This document shows positions 11,221 to 22,830 of a DNA stretch of 60,000 nt, piece by piece. The notes under the pieces were generated by a model, which worked only from the letters and a program-made list of their open reading frames with translations, was not told the origin of the DNA and ran no database searches. The number at the start of each line of letters is the position of its first letter. Positions within the stretch are counted from its first letter, which is position 1. The DNA comes from Camelus ferus (taxonomy: Eukaryota), in assembly GCF_009834535.1 (NCBI RefSeq), contig NC_045698.1:374001-434000 (forward strand), given 5' to 3'. A program made the translations under genes and the position numbers.

Positions 11221-11665
11221 ACTCACCCTGCACGGACCATCCCCACACACAGACCACCCACACACACAGACCACCCACCCTGCACAGACCACACACACAC
11301 ACAGACCACCCCCACACACAGACCACACACACACACACAGACCACCCCCACACATAGACCACTCACCCTGCACGGACCATCCCCACACACAGACCACCCA
11401 CACACACAGACCACCCACACACACAGACCACACACACACACAGACCACACACACACACAGACCACCCACCCTGCACAGACCACACACACACACAGACCAC
11501 CCCCACACATAGACCACTCACCCTACACAGACCACCCACACACACAGACCACCCCCACACATAGACCACTCACCCTACACAGACCACCCACACACACAGA
11601 CCACCCACACACACAGACCACCCACCCTGCACAGACCACCCACACACACACAGAACATCCACTCT
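11221..11665. repeat. CA-rich complex minisatellite (cacagaccac-based units)
   Basis: Repeated cacacacagaccac(cc)(a) units with variants actcaccctgcac/actcaccctacac. Confidence 0.95.
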
Positions 11666-11964
11666 GCACAAGGTCTCAGTGTATCTGCTCCTTAAGAAAA
11701 CTAGGAAGCTGACACAGTGGGACGACACCTGAAGCATGTGCTATTACCTCATCTTAGTAGCTGGGGAGGCAGGAGTATTACTGTGCTACTTCCTGGGCAA
11801 AGAAATGCAGCTCAATGCCACCTTTCTGACTGAGCAGTCCTTTCCAAAGGCATGGATGTGGGTGACGCTCCTGCGGGCTCTCGGGAGTGAAGCTAGCAGA
11901 CTTCTGGGGGCGGGGTTAATCCGGGGTTTCCCAGCCTTCGTATTGTTGGCATTTTACCCCCAAG

Positions 11965-13045
11965 TCTCTGGTGGTAAAAAACACATAACGTGAAGTTACC
12001 ATCTTTACCATGCCTAAGCACGTTCACATGGTTGTGCAGCCATCACCACCATCGTCTCCAGAACTTTCTCATCTTCCCAAACCGAAACTCTGTCCCCATT
12101 AAACGCTAACTCCCCATCCCCTCCCCCGCCCCTGGAAACCACCATCCTACTTTCTGTTTCTATGAAGGCGACTTCTCTAGGGACCCCATGTAAGTGAAAT
12201 CAGAGTATTTGGTTGTTTCTTTTTTATTTGTTTGCTTGTTTGTTTGTTTTGTGACTGCTTATTTTACTTAGCCCAAAGTCCTCAAGATTTTACCCGTATT
12301 GTAGCATGTGTCAGAAATTCCCTCTTTTTTAAGGCTGAGTAATAATATTCCACTGTGTGGCCACATCACATTTTGCTATCCTCCCTTCATCAGCAAACGC
12401 TTAGGTTGCTTCCACATCTCAGCTATTGTGAACAGTGCTGCTGTGAACGTGAGCGAGCAGATCTCTCTTGCAGAGACTGCTTCCCATTCTCATGAGTGTA
12501 CACCCAGAAGTGAGATTGCGGGATCACATGGTAACTTTACTTTTGACTTTCTGAATGACCTCCCTGCTGTTGTCCATGGAGGCCACACCGATTTATCTCC
12601 CCACCAATTGTGTGCAAGGGCTCTGATTTCTCCACATCCTCGCCAATACTATATTCTGGGGTTTTTGATAGAAGCCGCTCTAAAGAGTGTGGAGTGGTGC
12701 CTCGCTGTAGTCTTGATTTGTATTTCCCTAATGATTAGTGGTGTGAGTATCTTTTCATGTGCTTTTTGGCTGTTTGTACATTTTCTTTGAAGAAATGTGT
12801 ATTCAAGTCCTTTACCCATTTTTAATTGTTGTTTTGTTGTTATTAAGTTTGGGGAGTTCTCTATGTATTCTGAATACCAAATCCTTATCAGATACATAAT
12901 CTGCAAACATTTTCTCCCATTCTGTAGATTGCCATTTTATTCTGTTGATAGTATCTTCTGAAGCACAAAATTTTAAAATTTCCACCAAGTCCAATTTGTC
13001 TGTTTTTTCTTATATTGTCTGTGCCTTTGGTGTCACATCCTAGCC
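11965..13045 (-). mobile_element. L1 3' end fragment
   Basis: Minus-strand translations LIIREIQIKTTARHH and SEDTINRIKWQSTEWEKMFA match the L1 ORF2 C-terminus; 3'UTR motifs present. Confidence 0.9.
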
Positions 13046-15859
13046 ACTGCTGACCTTCTACAGGGGCTGCCTTTGGTGGGTGGAGGTGATGCCCATGCGG
13101 CCCTCCAGCCACCATCTCAGGGCCCCGGGCACAGATCACCACTGAGCGGTGCTTGGAAAGAGGCGCCCTGGGGAGACGCAACAGCTCAGGTGGAGGTGTG
13201 TCTGTGCGGAGCTGACAGCCTACTGGTGCTCAGACACACAATACTTCTATCCTGGGAAGCCTGAAATCCTTGCAGGCGTGCCCACGAACTTGGAGATTCC
13301 TGGACTGTCCCCACTCCTCTGCCCCTCACCAGGCCCAGAGGGGACTGGCCCGTGCTAACCCTCACCCCACCGCCATCTCCCTTCCCACACCCAGAGCCTC
13401 ACCTCCCTCTGCCCTCAGTCCTCCGAACCAGCCCCATTCTGTCCTGCACCTCCATCTGCTTTGCCTCCTGGACCACTCGTGATTCCATGCACTGTGCATC
13501 CACGAGGCTCTGCTCACCCCTGGAAGTCTTCCACGGACTCGCGACCACTGTCCCCGCTTCACTAAATACCCAGGTCATCACATGTGACCATCCTTGGCCA
13601 GGCCGTCCCCTTCATCTCCCTGGACTTTGGCTCCTGCATCAATGTTAGCCTCTCTGTTTAATCCCTGCCTGCATTTGTCAAGGTTCAAATGCTCTGTGGA
13701 CAAGAATGGACTCAAACCAGCCAGGAGCTTACACAGGAGGGTCCACAAGGTGAGGAGGAAGGGGGCTCCCACGGAGGGCCACCACAGGCTGGCCCCAGGA
13801 CCCCGCTGCTGTTTCTGGGGGCTGTGGGCGCTGACTCTGGGTTCCTGCACAGTGCCCACTGGCCAGGCCAGCAGTGCCAGGCGCACAGGCCAGAGCCCCA
13901 CGCCCATGTGCTGGGCTCACAGTGTACACTGCCCATCTCCACGCTCAAGGTGACCTTGTCTACACAGGGAGCCACCCCCTCCTTCCGGAAAACTCGTCCA
14001 CCACCGCCTTCCCTCTGCTGACCGCAAGCCCAGTCCTGTCCTGGGCAGCCTGTGACCTGCTGGTTGTCTCCGGATAAGCTCCCGGCTCCTTCCTCGTCCT
14101 TGGGTCTGGCCAGCGGGCCTTCCGTGGGGCTGGCTCTCTCCCCACAGGAGTTCAAAGCCTTGGCAGGGACTGTGGCCCACTTCCCTGAGTGGGGAGATAA
14201 GGGGCCGGCCCCTCCCCTCAAGAGATTAGTTCTGCCGTCACATATAATAGAAACAGGTGGAGAAATGGGGTTTAATCAGCTCTTTATCAGCTGTTCCCGT
14301 CTTGGTTGGAACACCGCCCCCGATGGGGACACCATGGAAGGGGCCACACCCGACAATGTTTCCCGCAGGTCCGGCGCCAGCAGCGTGGTTCCCACCGTGG
14401 GGTCTGCTGCCAGGTGTACTAGTCACACAGCCCCCTCACCTTCTTGGGGCTCCTTGGGCTTCAGGGCAGACCCGGGGCCTTTGCTGTTGCCAAGCCCCCT
14501 TCCTTCAAGTCAGGCTTAGTCTCATCCAGCCCTCACCTCAGCTGGCTCCCTGCACATCCTCCCACTTACCTGTGTCCAGGTGACCTTGCTTACTGCAGAA
14601 GAGGCCCCCGCCCAGAGGCCATGGGTGGGTAGGGCGTCCTGCAAGGTCAGGCCTGAGCACACCAGGCAGATGGCGGTGTGGACGGAGGCCTGGCCTGGCA
14701 TGTGGGGTTGGAATCCAAGCAGGTGAGGGGCACCTACTTAGGTGACCCTGTGTGGGGCTGTCAGAGCCCAGGTAAGAAGGGTAACTGTGCAGGTAGATAC
14801 AGCCTCAGCCACGACTGTGACAGTGCAGGTGGACACAAATGTGACCCCGATGGTGGCGGTGCAGGTGGACATGAACTCGACCACAACTGAACAACTGACC
14901 CTGTGTGACAACACGCTGTGGGTCAGGCAGTGTCAGTGACAGCAGGAGCCAGTGGTGACAGGCAGAGGGATGTACGTGGTTCCGAAGCTCGTGGTTTGTC
15001 TGGACGCCACTTGTAACAGTAACACAGAGGAGCCGATCTCCAGCAGTAGCCTTAAGGAGCCAAATCTACATGAAGAAAATTTTAAAAGGTCACTGGGGGC
15101 CCCATAGAGTGTGGGACCCAATGAAAAGGCATGATATTTGTGGATTGAGAGATCTGGTTTCACAAAGATGAAAGTTGTAGCTAAGTAAATACCAAAAGGA
15201 TATTTTTAGCTATACTGACTCTTTAAAGTTTAAATAAATAAAAATAAGGATTTTCTGGCTGAAAAGGTACCAGCCAGGAAAACTCGGGAGAAAACAGCCG
15301 TGAGGTACGACCAGCTCCTTCATATTAAGACAGACTGAAAAGCTTGGATAACCTGTTTCCTGAGGCAGAAACAGACCAGTCCGTAGAGGAGTGAAAGTCT
15401 GGCAGAAGACACCCAAACGTGAGGAGAAGGAACACTGTCACGGAGAAAGCTCTGGAAGCACAGGGCACCCAGTAACTGACTGTGTGTCCGAGGGACCTCA
15501 CAGGAAACCCCCTCTGAATTTTCTACCACATACCTGTGTTTTCTGTTTAAAAAAGTAAAAAAAACATAATTTCAAGCAGCAATATGGTGCCAGTTGCCTG
15601 TCTCCCTGCGCAAGAGCTAGGCCCGGCTCCTGGGGGTCCCGTGCCCCGCAGAGCCAGCTAGCCACCCCTCCCGGCCTGTGCTGAGGGGCTTTGCTCGCCC
15701 TGGGCCCCGGCTCCTCACAGAAGGCGTCCGGGAGGGAGGCCGGGTTTGCAGGGGATGGGGGCCTCCGCACCCCTCAGACCGCACGGGCCTCCCAGCTGAG
15801 CACGCAGCCCCAGCGGACTGGAGGAGATGTGACGCATTACATACATCCTTTGTCTGCTT

Positions 15860-16785
15860 TTTGTTTTTAAAGAACAGCCTTGCTGAGATATAATTCACAG
15901 CACGTAATTAAGCTATCCGAAGCGTCTGTTTTGACGGCGTTTAGTATACTCCTGACGTTAGAATCTTTTTATCCCCAAAGAAACACTATCATCTTGCTGC
16001 CACCTCGCAAACCCCCTGCCAGACCCTGGCAGCCACCCACCCACTTCCTGTCTCTGTGGACTTGCCACCTGGGGCGTTTCGTGTGAAAAGTCACGGGCAC
16101 ATGCCCTTTGTGACGGGGTTTTGCCTCTGCGCACTGTGTGCGGCGTGTCAGGGCGCCGCTTCTTCTGCAGCCAGCGGCGCCCCACGGAGTGGGCGGACGC
16201 GCTCCCGCGCCCACGGCCCGGCCTGCAGCCCTCTGGCCGCCTCCGCGTCTCGGCGTTTGTAACATCGGCGTGAAGGTCCACCTACAAGCTTTCGTGTGGA
16301 TGTGCGTTCTCCCTTCTCGGGGGCTTGTACTTAGCGATGGGTACGACGCACGCCGGTCACTTCCGTTCCTCCAAGTTGGGTTTATTCTTCTCAACCACTT
16401 TTCCCTTCAGTGTTAAAGGTTCTTGTAAATACACAGAGCATAAAATTGCCCATTTTAACCGGTTTTAAGTGTGCTGTTATGCAGTATTAAGTACACTCAG
16501 GTGTGCCACCACCATCGCCTCTGTGACTCTTCATCCTGTAAAACTGAGCCTCTGTCCCCTTGAAAAATGCTGCCCACCCCCTTCCCCAGCCCCTGGCCCC
16601 CGCCACCCTGCTTACTGTCTCTCTGCACCTGACTCCTCTGGGTCCCTTGCACGAGTGGAATCCTACAGGGTTTGTCCCTTGCGACTGGCTTATCTCACTG
16701 AGCGTAGCGTCCTCGAGGTTCACATGTTGCAGCAGGCGTCGCAGTGCCCTTCCTCGGTAAGGCTGGAGAGGAGTCCATGATGCGT
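15860..16785 (-). mobile_element. Two or more old L1 3'UTR fragments, GC-shifted
   Basis: Motifs gagatataattcaca, ctggcagccacc..cacttcctgtctctgtgga and tgcgactggcttatctcactgagc are typical of antisense L1 3'UTR. Confidence 0.75.
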
Positions 16786-17309
16786 TGCTTTGGTCTCAGC
16801 CCGCCGACAGTGACGTGCACTCTAGGAAAGCCTGCAGCCCTCCCCCGGGCTGTCCACCATTGGGCCCCAGAGACACTCCCTGCAGGAGCCCATGCTGGGG
16901 CTGGACCAGCCCCTGCGGTTCCTGTTATGACTGAAGGACGCCCTCAGCAACCTCCAGGGGACCTTGTAAACCTGGTTGGTTACTCACAGGTCCTGGAGGG
17001 TACACGGCAGTGAGGTCACAGCTGGGTGGTGTGGGGAGTATGGGCCTGGGGCTCCGCCTTTACGGGGGGCGAGGGTGTGGTGGGTTCACTCTTTATCGGT
17101 GAATTTAAGGTGTAAGTGTGGGAACTATGGGGCAGGAAGGGGGAAGAGGGGTCACTGAACTGGTCAGTTGTCTGGGCCACCCAGGGGTCCTTAATGGGGG
17201 ACCCTGTGGGGGGTGGCCTGGCTCCTTACCTGGCGGTTTTGGGGGTGACCGAGTTCATGACTGCAGGGTGTTCGTCTGCAGGTGGACGACTCGCAACCAA
17301 AAGCTGAAC

Positions 17310-17770
17310 GTCAGGTTGTTGGCAAAAAATTGATCAATCACTTTAAGAAAAAAATTGAAAATTTTATTCAAGCCAAATTGAAGGTTATAACCCAGAACAG
17401 CCTCTCAGAAAGCTCCAGGAACTGTTCCCCCAGTTAGAGGTCAAAGCACAGCCATCTAGGTTTTGAGACAAAGGGCTGGACTTTCGATGATGTGGACAGT
17501 CTGCAAGACGCAGGTCTGTAAGTGCAAAGCGGGGGTCGTCGCGGCCCCTCCCAACATCAGGGCGGGGTTACCTTTTAGGGGGTTGGCCTGCTGGTGCTGG
17601 GAGGGAGCTGATCTTCGTGGTCGACAGGCGTCTCTGCCGACGGAGAGGTCTGGTTGGTAATAACGCAGACACGCGACGTGTAGCGTGGGGAGAGGAGGCC
17701 CAGGGCAGAGGAAGTTTTTATGTTTAAACTTTTCCTCTCTTGCCATAAAATACGAGTTTTATTTTTCAGG
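17310..17770. mobile_element. ERV-type solo LTR-like element
   Basis: cagcctctcagaaagctccaggaactgttcc core, shared with the neighbouring element; ends ..gagtttta tttttca. Resembles laurasiatherian ERV1 LTRs from memory. Confidence 0.55.
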
Positions 17771-17814
17771 CATTACATTATGGTCAAAAAGCATGCTGCC
17801 AGGCACTTACGTTA

Positions 17815-18245
17815 CGCTGACTGGAAAAACGCACAACCATGAAGCTGAGAGCTCTGTCTGATTTGGGGATATTACTCAAGCCCGGGGACAGCCTCTCGGG
17901 CGGCTCTGAGGAACTGTCCCCAGGAGGTGAGGGAGCAGTCAGGATACGCAGGAGTTTTTGCTAAACAAATAAACAAACAAAAAAGCAAACCATGTAGTCA
18001 AACATCAAAAGATGACTGCCAATCACAGACCAGACGTGTCAAGTTGAGGAATTCAGTGCTTGTGTGCGCACGGGAAGATGCAGGCATCGGGCTCGTTGGG
18101 ATCACCGCTGTGAGGTGCCTGAGCTGCCCAGGCCGGCGTCCTGAGCTCCCCCGGCCTGAGTCTCCTCTGGGCACCGTTGCAGGGCTGCCAGGTCGAGCGC
18201 TTGGTGGCGGGAACAGCCTTTGTTACTGTTTTTTTTTCTGTCAAC
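17815..18245. mobile_element. ERV-type solo LTR-like element
   Basis: gacagcctctcgggcggctctgaggaactgtcccc core is related to the 17400 element; starts tgactggaaaaacgcacaacc. Confidence 0.55.
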
Positions 18246-18294
18246 AGTCACAACGTGCAGATCCATTCCTCTGTTTTTTGTGTGTGTATATATA

Positions 18295-19600
18295 TATATT
18301 TTATTGAGGTATGGTCAGTTTACAGTGCTCTGGTGTCAGTCTCTGGTGCACAGCACAACGCTTCAGTCACACATGAATGTACATAGATTCGTTTCCATCT
18401 TGATGGACATTTTTAACATGTGCTGAATTCATTTCACTGGTGCTTTGTCGAGGATTTTTGCATCAGTGTTCATCAGGGACGTTGGTCTGTAGGCTTCTTG
18501 TCTTCTGGTGTCTTTGGTTTTGGCATCAAGGCAGCGATGGCCTTACAGAACAGCAGGGAAGTGTTTCCTTCTCTTCAGTTTTTTGGAAAAGTTGGAGAAG
18601 TATTGGTCTTTGTGCTTGAAGTACTTGGTAGAACCCGCGAGGGCCGGGCACGGGGCCCAGGACGTGTCTGACTTTCTGGTCCAGTCTCCCTCTTAGTGTT
18701 CTCTTTCTTCGTGCTTTAGTCTTGGTAGGTTTGTGTCTATAGGAATTTGCGCTTCACCTGGGCCACCCAGTCATGGGGTCAGTTGTTCATGACACTTTTC
18801 TGTCTGTGGACGGTGGTCACGTCCCTGTTTGCACTTCTGACTCTAGGGTCTGAGTCCTCCCTCCTCCTCGGTCTGTCCAGCTAAGACTTGTCAGCTGTAG
18901 ATCTTTCCAACAACCGCCCTTAGGCCTGGTTGGTGTTCTCTCTTGTTTTTTTGTTCTCTGTCTGTTTCCCTCTGCTCTGCTCTTCACTATTTCCTTCCTT
19001 CTAGCAGCTTGGGGTTTAGCTTCGTCCTTTCCTGGTCCCTTAAGTGTGGAGTTCAGTTGTCGACGTGAGTCTTCTCCTTCCGGGCGTGCGTCTGCAGCCG
19101 CTCTCCTCCCTAGAGCTGCTGTGCAGCCTGGCGTGGTGTTTTCATTCTCATTTGTCTCTAAGTGTCTCCTGATTCCCCACGCACTTTCTTCTCTGACCCG
19201 TTGACCAGGAACGCGTGGTTTAATTCCCACGAGTCTGTGAGTGCTTATCAGTCTCAGGCTCCCAGCTGTATCCGTTGTGTCAGAGAGGGTCCTCTGCATG
19301 ATGTTTACCTTTTAGTATCTTTTAAATTAATTTGCGTCCTAACACGTGGCCTCTCCTGGAGGATGTCCCGCCTGCCCTTGAGAGGACTGTGCTGCCGCTT
19401 TGGGCAGAGGGCTCTGTGCGTGTCCGTAGACCCCGTTGGTCCGTCGTGTGCAGGCCGTGATGAGAAAGGGCTTGCTCTGCCATCATGCTCGTCTCTTCTC
19501 TGTCCTCCATTTCCTGCATCGCTCTCCTCTTCCGTGTTTGGCTGGTTTTCGCAGAGTAACTCCTACATTCCTTTCTCAGTTCCTGTGTGTATATTCTGTG
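18295..19600 (-). mobile_element. L1 fragments (short 3' tail and ORF2 pieces)
   Basis: ttattgaggtatggtcagtttacag 3' end; minus translations such as HLETNENENTT and KEIVKSRAE match L1 ORF2. Confidence 0.8.
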
Positions 19601-20989
19601 GCTGTGACAGGGGGAAGGCACTGGCCCTTTAAATCCCCTGAAGTGCCTTCAGCCAGAGGGGAGGGGCTGCCACACCGGCCCGCTGTGTGCACCCCTGTGA
19701 TCAGGAGCAGGGGCTGTGGATGCGCAGACCCCCGGTGTCTGGGGTCAGGGTCCCTTTCCTGCCCTGCTGCACGTGCTGTCTGCAGGCTGCTCCAGGGGGC
19801 TGGGGATGGGCCAGAGCAGGTGTTGTCCAGGTGGGGGACAGAGTCCCCGTGCCCCCTCCTCTGCCGTCTCCCGGAGCCCTCCCTCAGCCACTTTTAAGAG
19901 AAATGTTTCTCCTGCCACGACGTTTCCTTCATTCTGAAGGGCTGCGCGGTTAACGCTCCTTAACTGCCCCTGTCTCCTCCTCACAAGTGTGCAGCTGTCT
20001 CCATTCAGCTGGAGAACAGTGACCAGAAATACTAGGTCGGCTGCGTCTTAGATCTGGTGTGTTAGGTACGTGTGCCCCTAACAGACCCAACTCCCGTGCA
20101 TGTGGCTTCGGACAGGGAAGGCCAAACCCTGGGCCTGCGGGGTCTGTGCGACTGTGCGCAGGGGCTCCGCATGGCTTAGCCTCCTGGGTCCAGGGAGGCA
20201 CCTCTCTCCTTGGCTGTGAGGTTCCTCCCAGTGCCCCCTCACCACACGCATCTCGAAGGGAAACAAGAAGAGACCAGCTTCAGGTGTCCCTAAGGAGGAA
20301 AGAGTGCTCTGTTACAGACTCCCAGAGGAAAATGCTGAGAGTGACCAGAACTCCTCCTCCTTCTGGGACGGATGCCCAGTTGTCCCCTCCAAGCTTGGCC
20401 CCAGGCTGTAGGGCACTCCTCTGTGCCTGCCCGTCACCCCTAGCACCCCTTGCCCAGCCCCTCAGACCCCTCACCTTGGCGGGGCAGGACGAGGGCCTCG
20501 GCTCTGTCGCGCGTAGGGGACGACAGGGTGGTGAAACCTTGCTGCCTCTCTTGGTGTCTCGTCTCACTGGAAGGACACAGAATAGACCTCCTGTCTGCTG
20601 GGATGTCATCTGAAATTGTGCCATGTCCTAATATGCACAGTCTGTCTGACTTTTTCTCCCAGCGACTTGGGAAGTTTGACTTTCTTGACTGACAAGAGCG
20701 TATACTTCAGGAAGTCTTTCCAGGAAGTGTGATATGGCTGCATCTCGGACACTTAGCTATCCGAGGGTGGCAAATGCTGAGGGCAGCAGGTCGGCAGGTG
20801 AGGGTGAGAGAACCTGTGCATGCGCGTGGTCTCGGCCACAGAGACGGCAGTGGGGCTGACGGCAGATTTCTCACCCAGCCATGAACGCCCGGGTGCAGCT
20901 GAGCACAGCTTCGCCGTGTGAGGGACGCTGCCATCACCACCGAGCTGCCAGGTGTCGTGTTGGAGTGAGAACAAAGCAAAGGCATTTCT

Positions 20990-22830
20990 GGACATCTAGC
21001 ACCAAGAGCAGAGTGCAGAACTCATGGACTCTCCCTAAAATGAGCACAAGCATACAGCTCCTCAACAATCAAAGGGAAGAAATGGGCAAATCCTCTTGGT
21101 AAACGTGAGCAGTGTCAGTTATTCTAGGAAGAAACCTTTGGGGTGAATAAAAGCAATATGGAGAGCTAAGCTTTGTGAATGGCGGTGTCACTGGTGTCAG
21201 AGAAACTCTCCCACAAATAATAACTGTGCACTCTGGGAAAAATGTGAAACACTAGTTGAAGATACTGGAGGGCAACTTAGACCCAGACGACCCTTGAAAG
21301 AACGGCACTGCAGCAGGTGGGAGTCACACGGGTACAGCTTCTCACCCGAGGACACGCGGGGCTAGGAGGTGTGGGACTGCTGCGACCCAAGCAGAAGGCT
21401 GCAGCCTTGCTGGCTTGAAGAGTCAGGTGCTAGAAAATGAAGGCTAAAATCATAGAAAGACAGGGCTCAAGTCTGTGGGTAAACTCCACCCAAATCTTCT
21501 GCTGACCCCTGGCTGCTGTGCGGGGAAGACGCCACAGGTCCCAGTGAAGACAGGCAGCAGCTTGAAGGACCCAGCAGAGGCCGAGGCTGCCATCTGTGGC
21601 GGGAGGACAGAGATGGTGGGAGGACAGAGCAGGGGCCTGAGCGCACCAGGCAAGTGACCCACGAGGACAAAAACGAGCACTCTTTAGACGAATATCACAT
21701 AATTCAGTCCCTACAACATACTGAAACGATGTCAGGTGAACATTTACACAGTTTGTAATAAAGTAAATATAATGTATCAATTAAATATAATGTATAAGTA
21801 AAATAAATAAAAATATAAATAAAATAATGAGGAGTTTAATGAACTGAATACTATTACTGACAGTAACTTATTTATTAAAGAAATTGAATTTATTATCGAA
21901 AACCTTTTCACAAAGAAAACTCCTGAGCTGGATGGCTTCAAAATGGACCCTATGGAATAGGTAGCAAAGAAATAATGCCAGTATTCCGTACGCTATTCCT
22001 AAACCCAGGGGGACGAGGGCACCTCCCAAGTCGTTGCATCAGGCTAGCTGAACTCTGATGTGAAGACCTGGCAAAGACAATGTAGATGTAACAGTTACGA
22101 CGAACGGCTTCACGAACGAGATGCAAAGATGTGAACAAAACACTAGCAAATTAATCCAGCAAGATAAGGAAAAAGTTATACAGCATAACAAAGTAGGGTT
22201 TTTCCAGGAACAGATGCAAGATTAGGGTAGTATTTGAAAATCAAGTCAATAGAATTCACCATGTTGACAAAATAAAGGAGAAAACTGTGTAAATGTCACA
22301 TCGGAGCAGAAAGAGCCTGGGCCAAATTAAAACCCTGTACATGACGAGAGCTCTCAGCCATCAAAGGCGTCAGTGTAAAACCTACAGCTAACGTCACACA
22401 GAGCGGCAGATTATTTAGTGTTTCTCTGAGACCAGGGGCAAGGGAAGAGGGCCTGCTCTAACCACTTCTGCTTCACACTTTACTAGGGGTCCTAGGGGAG
22501 TAAAGCAGGATGGAGACAGAAGGAATAACCATCAGGGAGGAAAAAGCAGAACCACCCGGCTCTGTTCACTGACGATGCAGCTGTGAGCATGGGAAACGCT
22601 GAGGACCTTCAGATCAAGCGTGAGAAGTGGTGAGAGCGTGGCTGCGTCTCAGGACACAAACCAGCCATACACCCACACGCTAGCAGCAAGCAGCTTGAAA
22701 ACAAAAGTGTCGAATTACTCAGTTCAATAGCATCGCAACTGTAAAACACGCAGGACTAAATTAACAAAAGGTGTGAGGGATAACTACAAGGCGTGCCGGG
22801 AGGAGATAAAGAAGACCAAGCGTGTGCAGA
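20990..22830 (+). mobile_element. Old L1 remnants (5' region and ORF2 RT pieces)
   Basis: aaagaaattgaatt..aaaaccttttcacaaagaaaactcctg..gatggcttca and aaaacctacagctaacgtcacac are L1 ORF2-like motifs. Confidence 0.65.

Noticed and set aside
10570..11712. 380-aa + strand ORF
   Set aside because: Open mainly because it runs through the CA minisatellite (T/H/P/Q low complexity); no recognisable domain.
11221..14890. CRISPR-like interpretation of the periodic repeats
   Set aside because: Mammalian DNA, degenerate short cores, no cas genes.
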